Positions 48,156 to 57,927 of a stretch of 64,000 bases of DNA are shown here, piece after piece. Numbering within the stretch: the first letter of the stretch is position 1; each line of letters begins with the position of its first letter. The stretch comes from an uncultured Rhodospirillaceae bacterium (GTDB taxonomy: Bacteria; Pseudomonadota; Alphaproteobacteria; UBA9219), in the NCBI GenBank assembly GCA_964390005.1, contig CAYMGM010000002.1, positions 72,796 to 136,795 on the forward strand, read 5' to 3'. Under the pieces are notes generated by a model. That model was not told where the DNA came from. It made no database searches and worked only from the letters and a program-made list of their open reading frames with translations. A program made the position numbers and the translations under genes.

Positions 48156-48761
48156 TCATTCCTTCTCCGCTGTTTTGGCCGACGGGCCTTCCCAAGGACT
48201 TAGATTATCAAACGCGCGATAATCCTGTTGAAGCTGCACGGGGCCATAGACAACCCGCTTTTCAACGTCGTCATAATGGACTTCGGTAAACCCGGTTAGC
48301 GGGAAATCTTTGCGCAGCGGGTGCCCTTCGAAACCATAGTCAGTCAAAAGACGCCGCAGGTTCGGATGCCCGCCAAAAGCGATGCCGAAAAGGTCCCAAA
48401 CTTCGCGCTCGAACCAATCTGCCGTGCTAAAGACATTCGAGATCGACGGCACCGGCGTCGTTTCATCCGTCGTCACCTTCACGCGCAAACGCTGATTATA
48501 GCGAAGGCTTAAAAGATTATAGACGACCTCGAACCGTTCGGGCCGCGCGGGATAATCGGCGCCGCACACATCCATCAGTTGGGTCATCGCAAGGCTTGGC
48601 GTCTCACGCAATGTCATCATAACTTCACGAACGCGCGCGCGCGGCACGGTCACACAAAGCTCATTCGCTTGTGCGCCCCCTTGCATTTCCAAAGCCAGAA
48701 CATCGGCCCCTAAAGCTTCACGAACGGCAAAGGCCCAATCATCAAGATTTTCTTTTTGCAT
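48156..48761 (-). CDS. nuoC: NADH-quinone oxidoreductase subunit C
   Basis: A 201-aa protein lying between nuoB and nuoD. Confidence 0.85.
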   Translation of the reverse strand: MQKENLDDWAFAVREALGADVLALEMQGGAQANELCVTVPRARVREVMMTLRETPSLAMTQLMDVCGADYPARPERFEVVYNLLSLRYNQRLRVKVTTDETTPVPSISNVFSTADWFEREVWDLFGIAFGGHPNLRRLLTDYGFEGHPLRKDFPLTGFTEVHYDDVEKRVVYGPVQLQQDYRAFDNLSPWEGPSAKTAEKE

Positions 48762-49321
48762 CAGACCTCGCGCCGAAAAACGGTTTCGCCCTGCCGGATT
48801 TTGCGGTGAAGCTGCAAAATGCCAAACAACAGAGCCTCAGCCGACGGCGGGCAGCCCGGCACATAAATATCGACGGGCACGATCCGATCGCACCCCCGCA
48901 CCACCGAATAGGAATAATGGTAATAGCCGCCGCCATTGGCGCAGCTTCCCATCGAGATCACCCAGCGCGGCTCGGGCATCTGGTCATAAACGCGCCGCAA
49001 GGCGGGGGCCATTTTGTTGGTCAGCGTCCCGGCCACGATCATGACGTCGGATTGGCGCGGGCTAGGCCGCGGCATCATGCCCATACGATCCAAATCATAC
49101 CGCGCCATATAGGCGTGAATCATTTCGATGCCACAACAAGCTAAACCAAACGTCATTGGCCACATAGACCCGGTCCGCGCCCATGTTAGCAAATCATCCA
49201 GCTTAGCCAGCAAAAACCCGCGATCTTCAACGATTTCGCCGATTTTGTGCGCCGCCTGATCGGGCGCCACAATCGTCTCTTGAGGCATGATCATTCCCAT
49301 TCCAGCGCGCCCTTTCTCCAT
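48761..49321 (-). CDS. nuoB: NADH-quinone oxidoreductase subunit B
   Basis: The [10 protein letters not shown]2-cluster motif. The true start is probably the internal Met MGMIMPQ. Confidence 0.9.
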   Translation of the reverse strand: MEKGRAGMGMIMPQETIVAPDQAAHKIGEIVEDRGFLLAKLDDLLTWARTGSMWPMTFGLACCGIEMIHAYMARYDLDRMGMMPRPSPRQSDVMIVAGTLTNKMAPALRRVYDQMPEPRWVISMGSCANGGGYYHYSYSVVRGCDRIVPVDIYVPGCPPSAEALLFGILQLHRKIRQGETVFRREV

Positions 49322-49683
49322 TCATAGATAAAGGCCACGGTCAAAATGCCCAAAAAGACCATCATCGCGCCAAAGCCGACAGCGCCGATGGCCTCTAAAG
49401 CGACAGCCCAAGGGAATAAAAAGACCACCTCGATATCGAAAATAATGAACAGGATCGCAACAAGATAGAAGCGCACATCAAACCGCGCGCGCGCGTCGTC
49501 AAAGGGATCAAAACCGCACTCGTATGCGGATAATTTTGCGGCATAGGGCTTCTGGCGGCCAATAAGAAAGGATAAGGCAACGACCGTGACGCCGATAGCA
49601 AAGGCGACGCCCCAAAACAAAACGATCGGGAAATAATCTTGCAACGTATCAAGAGACATAAGAGACCGGCGCGAACGAATCAC
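49291..49683 (-). CDS. nuoA: NADH-quinone oxidoreductase subunit A
   Basis: A small membrane subunit with three TM helices, first gene of the operon. Confidence 0.8.
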   Translation of the reverse strand: MIRSRRSLMSLDTLQDYFPIVLFWGVAFAIGVTVVALSFLIGRQKPYAAKLSAYECGFDPFDDARARFDVRFYLVAILFIIFDIEVVFLFPWAVALEAIGAVGFGAMMVFLGILTVAFIYEWRKGALEWE

Positions 49684-49799
49684 TGAGGAAGGGAGGCCCT
49701 CAGGATGCGGCCCCGGCCCCCGAAATGCAAGGGCCTAGCCCGTCCTTAGAAGAAAAAGTACCTTTGTATGGCCTTTAGCGAAGGCCCGCCAAGGGAAGG

Positions 49800-50693
49800 T
49801 CAGCTTCCAAGCACATTGCAGTTTTCAACAAGATAATGATGCCCCGTAAAAGCCTGCGCTATTTTCTGAGCATGGACCAAAGAAGCTGTAAAATGCTGTC
49901 TTTTGTCGAGTGTATCGTGCATTTCGCCAGCGCGGTCATAGGAAACGGAACGCAAACGACCGCAGATGTCATGCTCGGCGGTTACAAGCCCCACAAATTC
50001 GCCGACATCAAAAGACCCACGCGGCACGATCCCCAGCGCCCACGACGCCACATCGCCAAGCGAAAGCCCCTTAACGTTCTCTTCCCGATATTCGGCCATA
50101 GCCTGTTGCATGACATCAATCGTGTCATGGGTAGAACGCGGGATAACGCCGCGCCAGGCAATGGCTTCTTGAGCCAAGTGATTGTTTTCTTTTTCTCCAT
50201 CAAAATTAGACAAGATGTAAAGAAGAGCCCCGGCGTCGGCGACCTTCTCTTTTTCAGATCGGTCGCTATAGGCCTTGATCCAGGATTGAGGTCCACTTAA
50301 GGCCGATGTCCATACATAATCCGTTACAACATGAACGGCTTCATGAACGGCGACATATAAACGATACGAAGGCGAATGCGTGTGAATCAGCGCTTCGCTG
50401 ACCGGCTTAAAGCCATAATGCTTAAAAAACGCGCCGTTCAGAGCCTTGCGGCGAACCATAACTTCCTGAGCCACAGGCTGCGTGGCAACACCAGAGGCAT
50501 AGATAATGCCACCAGATAGTCCGTCAGGAGACATAAAACCTTCAATTTTCCCGCGGCGTCGTTTGGTTGGAAAAAGCGAACCGTGGAGCCCATAGGCGTT
50601 GCCATACACCCCCATTTCGTCGCGCAAAACAGCTTCAACCCGCTTGGCATCGTAGTCTTTGGCCGTCATGCCAGAAAAAAGTTCTTTTCCCAT
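49800..50693 (-). CDS. hypothetical protein with an HExxH zinc-metallopeptidase-like motif (YVAVHEAVHVV)
   Basis: HEAVH read directly. No signal peptide. Lies between the nuo promoter and tRNA-Asp. Confidence 0.45.
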   Translation of the reverse strand: MGKELFSGMTAKDYDAKRVEAVLRDEMGVYGNAYGLHGSLFPTKRRRGKIEGFMSPDGLSGGIIYASGVATQPVAQEVMVRRKALNGAFFKHYGFKPVSEALIHTHSPSYRLYVAVHEAVHVVTDYVWTSALSGPQSWIKAYSDRSEKEKVADAGALLYILSNFDGEKENNHLAQEAIAWRGVIPRSTHDTIDVMQQAMAEYREENVKGLSLGDVASWALGIVPRGSFDVGEFVGLVTAEHDICGRLRSVSYDRAGEMHDTLDKRQHFTASLVHAQKIAQAFTGHHYLVENCNVLGS

Positions 50694-50713
50694 CCTGATC
50701 TCCTTGTGATCTT

Positions 50714-51268
50714 TTAATGGCTCCCGCGTCCGAGGCGATGTTTATCGGCCTTATCAATACCGGTTGGCTGGGTTGGTTGCGTTGGTTTTTCGCCTGAAAG
50801 AACAGCCTGTTGCGCCGCTGTTTGAAGGTGATGAATCCAATTTGAAAAATCGGGATAGGTATAGCCCTCACGGTGCGAAACGCCGCCGACCGTCAAGCGG
50901 CGATACACCATCACCGGGAAATGGCGCACCATCACTTCAATCGACACGACGTCTCTTTTTTCTGCTGGATTGGTTCGATGTTCACAAGCCACGTGCAAAT
51001 CGGCACCGCGTGCATCCACATCTTTCCACGTTGCCAGCAACACATTTGACGTTGTTGTCTTATGCCCACGATCGACGAGATAGAAAATGGCTTCTAAAAG
51101 CCCACCCGGCTGTTCGATGGCGTCCAACATCTGGACATTAAGCGCCCGCAAGGGGCCTTGCATGTCATCAGCGAAGACGGGTTTGCGTTGCGCCGTCTCT
51201 TGCCCGGCCCGCGAGAAAAAAGAAGCAAAGCGATTCCAAAAATGCGGCATAGAAACCTCGCCCTTCAA
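50714..51268 (-). CDS. hypothetical protein (184 aa) upstream of and co-oriented with the HExxH protein
   Basis: ORF of typical composition. No motif recognised. Confidence 0.4.
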   Translation of the reverse strand: MKGEVSMPHFWNRFASFFSRAGQETAQRKPVFADDMQGPLRALNVQMLDAIEQPGGLLEAIFYLVDRGHKTTTSNVLLATWKDVDARGADLHVACEHRTNPAEKRDVVSIEVMVRHFPVMVYRRLTVGGVSHREGYTYPDFSNWIHHLQTAAQQAVLSGEKPTQPTQPTGIDKADKHRLGRGSH

Positions 51269-51409
51269 AATAGTCTTTTAAAAAATCAAACGCTGACGAT
51301 CCTAGCAAATTGACGCGCGAAAGCAAAAACACCTTTTCCCGGAATGGTTAAGATGACGTCGTTCAAGGAAAATGTTAAGAGGCGCGTAAAAGGCAGGGCA
51401 CCATAAAAA

Positions 51410-51486
51410 TGGCGCGAGTGACGGGACTTGAACCCGCGGCCTTCGGCGTGACAGGCCGACGCTCTAACCAACTGAGCTACACCCGC
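51410..51486 (-). tRNA. tRNA-Asp (anticodon GTC)
   Basis: Reverse complement reads GCGGGTG-TA-GCTC-AGTTGGTTA-GAGC-G-TCGGC-CTGTCAC-GCCGA-AGGCC-GCGGG-TTCAAGT-CCCGT-CACTCGC-G-CCA. Confidence 0.85.
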
Positions 51487-51625
51487 GCACTCTACCGGGA
51501 ACGACCAAAGCCGCATATCCCGGGACAGGCCGGGACAAATAAGGGATAAGAGCCCCCAAGTCAACCATTATTCTGCACAAAACGCCGTTTCTTCCGAAAA
51601 AACTTTTCGCATAACATTTTGAAGA

Positions 51626-52246
51626 TCAAACATTTTCAGCAAAACGAGGATCCTCGCCCAAAATGGCGGCAATCACATCATAAGAAAAACCGGCCCGCGC
51701 TAACGCCGCCGAGTCTTTGCGGTTTAACACTTGCCGCGCGGCGGGCTCATCAGGCCACCGATCAGCCCGGCGATACGGCCCCAAAGCGCGCTTGCGCGCA
51801 AAAACGCGCGCAGCGGCCCGCTCGGTATCTTCGCCCTCTTCCTCTTGGTGCGCTTCGACTGCTTGAGAGATCAAGGGCGAAGCTACCCCTTTTTGACCTA
51901 GTTTCTGAACAATACGCCGCGCGCTGGCCCCGCTGCGCCGCAGCGAGCGCACTTTCATCTCGGCAAAAGAAGCGTCGTTGATGACGCCCGAACGTTTATG
52001 TTGGGCCACAATTTTTTCAATCGCCTCGGCCAGCACGGCTTGCCGCGCCGTATCTGCCGCAAAAGCTTCATCGTCGAGACAAGCGCGGCGCAAACGATTT
52101 TGCAAAACGCGCCGCAAGCTCGCTTCCGAGGCCGCGAATTTCTCAAGATAACGCAAAGCCGCAGCGGCAAGACGCTCAGGCGTCGGCAGCTTGCGTTTCT
52201 TGGGCTGATAAGGCGATCGCCTTGGTCTTGTCTCTCCGTCGTTCAT
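51626..52246 (-). CDS. recX: RecX-family regulatory protein (start taken at MNDGETRP)
   Basis: Arg/Ala-rich three-repeat helical protein of about 200 aa. ERLAAAALRYLEKFAASEASLRRVLQNRL is typical of the RecX N-terminus. Confidence 0.55.
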   Translation of the reverse strand: MNDGETRPRRSPYQPKKRKLPTPERLAAAALRYLEKFAASEASLRRVLQNRLRRACLDDEAFAADTARQAVLAEAIEKIVAQHKRSGVINDASFAEMKVRSLRRSGASARRIVQKLGQKGVASPLISQAVEAHQEEEGEDTERAAARVFARKRALGPYRRADRWPDEPAARQVLNRKDSAALARAGFSYDVIAAILGEDPRFAENV

Positions 52247-52355
52247 GCGCCTCTCCTTCGACGGCCTTGCCACAAAAACGCCACACAACGGCCAAAGAAC
52301 ATAAACCAATTATAAACGATAGAACAGCTAGGATCTGTTTCGTCATCGAATCATC

Positions 52356-52751
52356 TTGATTGTTATTGCGTTGAATATCTCTGTCTTGCCCCTCCGCCCG
52401 AAAGAAGCCGTCGTGACACACGAAAGCTATCGTTACTTTATCGAGCTGCGACCCTCGACCCCGGAAACGGCGAGCCGTCTGCATGCGCAGGAAGAACGGC
52501 GGCGGCATGCTTTGGCCTTTATCCATGATTTGCGTGAATGGCTGGATGAAAACAGCCTACAAGACAAAGTCCAAACGCTGGATGTCACGGTTTTTGGCCA
52601 GGTTCACATTACGTGTGAGCCTGATGTCATTGATTTTGTTCGCGAACATGACGACAGCCAAATTGCCGTGATCCGCCCGGCTTCGGTTTTTCATGAAGGC
52701 GTGCGTCGGCTCATGACGGAAAGCGCCACCGCGCTGCGCCAAACAGCTTAA
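52356..52751 (+). CDS. small hypothetical protein
   Basis: ORF only. Start uncertain. Confidence 0.3.
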   Translation: MIVIALNISVLPLRPKEAVVTHESYRYFIELRPSTPETASRLHAQEERRRHALAFIHDLREWLDENSLQDKVQTLDVTVFGQVHITCEPDVIDFVREHDDSQIAVIRPASVFHEGVRRLMTESATALRQTA

Positions 52752-52845
52752 AAAAGGCTGTTTTCGGTTTATTCTTTCAAAAAAACGCCCTACCTTCTTC
52801 CCCGACCTATAGATATTTTATCGCTTTATCGCGGAGAAGCCTTTT

Positions 52846-54699
52846 ATGAGCCTTGATATACCCGCGCTTTTACGCGCCATCGGGAAGAATTTTGTCTTGC
52901 CCATTTTCGACGGCAAGATCGATCAAAACGACGTCGAAAAATCGCCGGGCAATCCCGTCACCATCGCCGATATCGGCGCTCAAATCCTGATTACGCGCGC
53001 GATCCTTCAAGAAAACCCGCGCGACATCGTCTTCGGCGAAGAATACGCGCCTGTTTTTTCCAAGGCCGATCAAGCCATCGTCGATAGCCACAATATTCAT
53101 GCGCCTCTTGATCCCGCGGCGCCCTTTCTGGCCTTGGTCCGCCAGCTGATCGCCGAAGGAAAATCGCTTCCCAAATCGGCTCTGCTCGAATACCGCCCGG
53201 ATCGTTATGCATCGGGGTGGATTATCGACCCCGTTGACGGCACCCTTCCGTTTCGTGCCAAAGACCCCAGATTTTCAATGCAAATGGCCAGAACAAGCGA
53301 AGGGCGTATTATCGGCGGCTGGATTTATCGCCCTGTCGAAGACGTTCTTTTTCAAGCCGAGGGCGATAAGGCCGCCGAAATTGTCACGTTTGCCCCCGAT
53401 GGAACCTGGGCAAGCCGCCCCGTGGCCGAGCCGGAGACCGGCCCTTTGTCCGCGATGACCGTTCTTTATCCCCACGCGCACATGAGCGCGGCGCATGATG
53501 AGACCGTTCGCCAGATTTTCGTGCGCGACAACGCCCCCATTCCCTTTGAGGAGCTTCAAGCTCGCGTCCAAGACAAGTTTGCCCATATCCTCCATTCCGA
53601 TGGTTATTCCTATCATCATGGCGAGCTGTTTTTGGGCCATATCGGCGCTGTCAGCAATTCGAGCTGTTGGCCGTGGGATCAATTTGCGCAAGCCTTTATT
53701 GCCCAGCGCGCCGGGTATCGCGTCGCCTTCTTTGATGGACAAGATTATCTTGGGCCTCAAGACGAAATCCCCTTTGTCGAAGGGAAAAACGGCCTTCCCT
53801 TTGTGCGTTACACGGGCGGACTTTTATATGCCGCCCCGTCGCGCTGGGATGAAATCAACCGCACCTTGCACACGCCTTACACAACCGCCCTGACGGAAAG
53901 ACCCCACGTGATACACCTTCCAAACACGCCCACGCTTCCCTTTATTGGCGTCGAGGGCAACAATGTCCTGCTTCACGTAGCTCTTTTGCCATCGCAAGCG
54001 CTTGGGGCTTCGCTCGGCGCGTTGTCGGCCACGACCTTCACCGGCGTCAGCCAAAGCCAGATTTATTATCAAGTGCTGCCACCCGCTGAATGGAACCGCT
54101 GGGCCTCTTATCTTTATGAAGGCGGCGCTGAGACGCCCCCAGCGGCCACGGGGCCTTTTTCTCTTCCCCACCTCACCCTTGCCCACGGCTTGGTTGCGCA
54201 AGAGAAAACCGCGGACCTTCTCGGCGCTCTCATAGACACCGCGACAATCCAACAACCGCCACCTGTTGTGCTTGGCGGCTCTGAATCTATTATTGTCCCC
54301 CATTGGACATGCGGGGCGCGTCATCCCAGCCTGAAAGACGGCGTTGTCTGGATTGGCGCACAAAAAACGCCGGACCTGTTCGCGTATCAAGAACAAGTGC
54401 AACAAGCCTTACGCCAAAAGGGCGACATCAACGTCGTCACGCCGATGGGCGATCAATGGAATCCGCACTACACCTTAGGCATTCATAAAGGCGGCGCGAT
54501 CCCGGATGAAAACAATCGCCAAATACAAAAGGAGTGGGGTTTAGCGGGGGGCCTCGCCGACAATATCCTTGCCATCGGCGTCTCAGGACCCGACGGCCAG
54601 TTTCGAGCCCCCTGCTTTACGCTGGCACCGGATGGAAGCCAAACATCCCGCCAGCAAGCACAGAAAAATCTGGACCGGCTTTTAACGCACCATCTTTAA
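52846..54699 (+). CDS. fusion protein: N-terminal inositol-monophosphatase/CysQ-family phosphatase domain + C-terminal 2H phosphoesterase (LigT-like) domain
   Basis: IMPase signature WIIDPVDGTLPF and a later WPWD..A..AG-type motif. Two H-x-T-L motifs (PHLTLAHG and PHYTLGIHK) about 85 residues apart, as in 2H phosphoesterases. Confidence 0.55.
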   Translation: MSLDIPALLRAIGKNFVLPIFDGKIDQNDVEKSPGNPVTIADIGAQILITRAILQENPRDIVFGEEYAPVFSKADQAIVDSHNIHAPLDPAAPFLALVRQLIAEGKSLPKSALLEYRPDRYASGWIIDPVDGTLPFRAKDPRFSMQMARTSEGRIIGGWIYRPVEDVLFQAEGDKAAEIVTFAPDGTWASRPVAEPETGPLSAMTVLYPHAHMSAAHDETVRQIFVRDNAPIPFEELQARVQDKFAHILHSDGYSYHHGELFLGHIGAVSNSSCWPWDQFAQAFIAQRAGYRVAFFDGQDYLGPQDEIPFVEGKNGLPFVRYTGGLLYAAPSRWDEINRTLHTPYTTALTERPHVIHLPNTPTLPFIGVEGNNVLLHVALLPSQALGASLGALSATTFTGVSQSQIYYQVLPPAEWNRWASYLYEGGAETPPAATGPFSLPHLTLAHGLVAQEKTADLLGALIDTATIQQPPPVVLGGSESIIVPHWTCGARHPSLKDGVVWIGAQKTPDLFAYQEQVQQALRQKGDINVVTPMGDQWNPHYTLGIHKGGAIPDENNRQIQKEWGLAGGLADNILAIGVSGPDGQFRAPCFTLAPDGSQTSRQQAQKNLDRLLTHHL

Positions 54700-54729
54700 G
54701 AAAAAAGCTGGATTCAAAAAAAGCCGGGC

Positions 54730-55852
54730 TTACTGCCCGGCTTCTTCTTTTTGGCCTTGGATGCGCTGCGCCAGCGAGGCTTGAAGGAAGCGATCAATGT
54801 CGCCATCCAAAACATCGGCTGACGCGCTTGTCTCGACGTTTGTGCGAACGTCCTTGACCAACTGATAGGGCTGCAAAACATACGAGCGGATCTGATGTCC
54901 CCACGCGATGTCGCTTTTACCCGCTTCAATAACGGCGGCGGCATCTTCGCGCTTTTTCAGCTCCATCTCATAGATCTTGGCGCGCAGCATTTCCATCGCT
55001 TTGGCACGGTTCTTGTGCTGCGAGCGTTCCTGTTGGCAGGCAACGACAATGCCTGTTGGCAAGTGCGTAAAACGCACGGCACTTTCCGTTTTATTGACGT
55101 GCTGACCGCCCGCCCCCGAGGAACGGAACGTATCAACCTTCAAATCCTTTTCGTCGATCTCGACCGTGATAGAGTCATCGATCACCGGACTGACAGAAAC
55201 GCTTGAAAAGCTTGTATGGCGACGCGCGTTGGCGTCGTAAGGGCTGATACGCACCAAACGGTGCACGCCGCTTTCGGTCTTCAACCAGCCATAGGCGTTA
55301 TGCCCCGAAATCTGAATGGTCGTGGATTTAATGCCCGCTTCTTCGCCCCGCGTCTCATCCAGCAAAAAGACCTTATAGGCGTGCTTTTCGGCCCAACGCA
55401 TATACATGCGCAAAAGCATCTCGGCCCAGTCTTGCGCTTCGGTCCCGCCTGCGCCCGCATTGACTTCCAGATAGCAGTCGTTCGCGTCGGCTTCGCCCGA
55501 CAGCAAACTTTCCAGCTCGCGCTGGGCCGCTGTCTCACGCAAGGCAAACAAGGCATTCTCGGCATCTGTGACCATGCCCGCATCGCCTTCGGCTTCGGCC
55601 ATTTCCAAAAGTTCGATGTTGTCTTTCAGAACCTGTTCGATATCGCGATAGCCACGCACGCCTTGCTCAAGCAACGTACGTTCGCGCATCAGGCTTTGCG
55701 CTTTGGGAGGATCGTCCCACAATTTCGGGTCTTCGGCGAGCGCGTTCAATTCCTCAAGCTTTAGAACAGCTTGGTCGTAGTCAAAGATGCCTCCTCAGCA
55801 GCGCCAGCGACTTTTCCGTCGCGGCCACCGCCGACTGAATTTCAGCCCGCAT
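54730..55852 (-). CDS. prfB: peptide chain release factor 2 with programmed +1 ribosomal frameshift (ORF1 ATG at 55852, 24 codons, shift at CTT-TGA-C near 55781-55786)
   Basis: GGQ motif [16 protein letters not shown]. Upstream short [26 protein letters not shown] ends at UGA within GAGGAGGCAUCUUUGAC. The +1 frame continues [24 protein letters not shown], matching RF2. Confidence 0.9.
55781..55795 (-). promoter_or_regulatory. RF2 autoregulatory +1 frameshift site (internal SD-like GAGGAGG + CUU UGA C)
   Basis: Read directly on the minus strand. Confidence 0.85.
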
Positions 55853-56036
55853 AATATGATCCTCTATTTTTCGTGTGATTGCCGGGTCTTCATGCCTGAT
55901 TTGGCCGCTGTAATCAAGCTTTTCCGTTTCTTTCTTGCCCCAGATTAACCAAGACTCACCGCCCGCGACATGTTTAAGTGGACATCATTGAATCGTTTCA
56001 CCCTTTATCTACGCAAAAATAAATCGGAGAGACCCC

Positions 56037-57107
56037 ATGCAAGACAATCAAAACAACAGCGCTGTTTATTTGCTCAATCAATTGGACCCCTTGCTTCATC
56101 CTGAACTGACCGGATGCCGCGGCCAAATTAATAAACAGCTCCGTATGGTCATCGAAAGCCCCGGGTTTGATCCGAATGTTTGGGTCTTCAAAAATTACCC
56201 CGAGCCTCTTTCTTACATGAATGTGAAAGTTCCCGCCTTTTTCGCGGCTTTGGCCCACGGCGATCAGGAAACAGCCAAAATCTTTTGGGAGCTGCCGACA
56301 CTAGACCGCGCCCCTTATGGCACGCGCCAGATCAATAAACGCGACATCAGCGCTTTTGCCTATTTTGGCATGAACGCCCATCACCGTGACGAGATAGACG
56401 GCGTCCATCCGAACCCCGTCACCATTGATTTGTTTAGCATGCTGGGCAGCGATGCGCGTTTGACCCCCGACAACCAACGTACGGCAGAAGCTTTCAGCAT
56501 GGATGGCTCGGAAGGCATTGGTTTTGGAGAACCTGTTGATCTGCGAAACGTAATGTTCTGGGTCAAAAGGGATTCCGCCTATCCCTCCGCTATCGAAGAT
56601 ATGCTGACCTTGCGCGATATTCATATTGTACGCCCCCACGGCGCTCTTTTAATGGAGGCCCTGCGCGACGCTGTTCCTCAATCCATGGAAGATGCTATCG
56701 ACTTCGAGGATGGCCATGATTACAGCGATCGCTTGGCCGAGCCTGTTGAGCTTTTGTCCCGCTATCTGCGCGGGCCTGCCGAAAATCAATTGCAAGCCAT
56801 TACCCCTGCCAATCCCCTTATTCCTTTTGATGCCGATCGTTTCGACCGAACACGTAAAATCGCTCAAGAAACGGGGGTCGCCGACCGGGGAAGCTTGATC
56901 AAAGATGACGGTCAATATCCCTATACAGTCCCGGCGATGTTTCGCGTTAGCCAAAATATCTTGTATCGCCTGGCCACCAAGCTAGCCGAAGAAAAGAAAG
57001 ACGTGTTGGCCGAACCCGATATGCTTTACACGGTCTGCCGTCGTAGTCTTTCGCCGCTTGTCGCCCAAATCACGGAAAGAACAACGCCTGTGGAGGCTGC
57101 GCCGTAA
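56037..57107 (+). CDS. hypothetical protein, paralog of 57918..59135
   Basis: Shared blocks with the paralog: P.FFxALxHG, ISxFAY, LLGSDARLxPD, and IPFDADRFDRT..ETGVADRG versus IVFDSQRFQTT..RTGVCRAG. Confidence 0.55.
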   Translation: MQDNQNNSAVYLLNQLDPLLHPELTGCRGQINKQLRMVIESPGFDPNVWVFKNYPEPLSYMNVKVPAFFAALAHGDQETAKIFWELPTLDRAPYGTRQINKRDISAFAYFGMNAHHRDEIDGVHPNPVTIDLFSMLGSDARLTPDNQRTAEAFSMDGSEGIGFGEPVDLRNVMFWVKRDSAYPSAIEDMLTLRDIHIVRPHGALLMEALRDAVPQSMEDAIDFEDGHDYSDRLAEPVELLSRYLRGPAENQLQAITPANPLIPFDADRFDRTRKIAQETGVADRGSLIKDDGQYPYTVPAMFRVSQNILYRLATKLAEEKKDVLAEPDMLYTVCRRSLSPLVAQITERTTPVEAAP

Positions 57108-57120
57108 AACAAACGGAAGA

Positions 57121-57927
57121 TCAAAAAAGAAAGCGAACGCCGGGGCCGCGAAAGCGTAACCGGCGTCCGGCAATATGACTATGAGGACTATAGGTTTTCG
57201 ACAATCTGTCTAATGTTTGCCGTTCTTTTTCATCTAAGAACAGCGTCGCGCCTAACTGTTGTTTAATATCGCGCCAAAGCCGAAAATCCATCACAGGCAA
57301 GTACCGACCGCACGCCTTGATATTGAGGATCTGCCGTCCGACCACATAACAGCAGCGTAAGTTTTCAAGCGTCAAATGACCTGCTTTAGGGCTTTCGTCC
57401 GCACGCTTCATCATAAAGATCGTTTTTTCGTGCGCAGCGCGATCTGGCTTTCCTTGTTGATAGGTGTCCACAAGTGTGACCGCACATGGCAAACGCAAAA
57501 GATGAAGCGGCTTAAAAAAACCAAGGCGAGGCAACTGAACGACACGTAAAAAAGCATATTCTAATGCCTCACGCCGTTCGCGCTCGTGTTGCAAAAGCAA
57601 AATATCGTCTTCCGATAAAAGGGGTGGTCCGCCCTGTTTGCCGTGGCCTTCTTTTTTAAGGCCAAGCCAATCGCTCCCGAGCGTCATGTTGGGAAGATCT
57701 TTTTTTCGCCACCCCTTAATTCCGCGCGAAAGGCTACAACCATAACCAAAAGGCGCAATTTCCCCATCGTTCAAACGAAAATAAACCGCTGGACGCAAGC
57801 CCGACAGTTTGCGCCCGCAATTGCCGCACACAGCGCCCGCCGCAGGAATGTAATCAATATAAATAGGTCTTTGCGAATGAGGAGAATAACGGCTGCTCAT
57901 CGTTTCGTCTGCCTTTAATGAATGCAC
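57121..57927 (-). CDS. hypothetical protein (268 aa) between the two paralogs
   Basis: ORF only. Contains C-G-N-C-G. Confidence 0.45.
   Translation of the reverse strand: MHSLKADETMSSRYSPHSQRPIYIDYIPAAGAVCGNCGRKLSGLRPAVYFRLNDGEIAPFGYGCSLSRGIKGWRKKDLPNMTLGSDWLGLKKEGHGKQGGPPLLSEDDILLLQHERERREALEYAFLRVVQLPRLGFFKPLHLLRLPCAVTLVDTYQQGKPDRAAHEKTIFMMKRADESPKAGHLTLENLRCCYVVGRQILNIKACGRYLPVMDFRLWRDIKQQLGATLFLDEKERQTLDRLSKTYSPHSHIAGRRLRFRGPGVRFLF

Noticed and set aside
55216-55764. 182-aa + strand ORF opposite prfB
   Set aside because: It lies antisense to RF2, which has the GGQ motif and the frameshift cassette.
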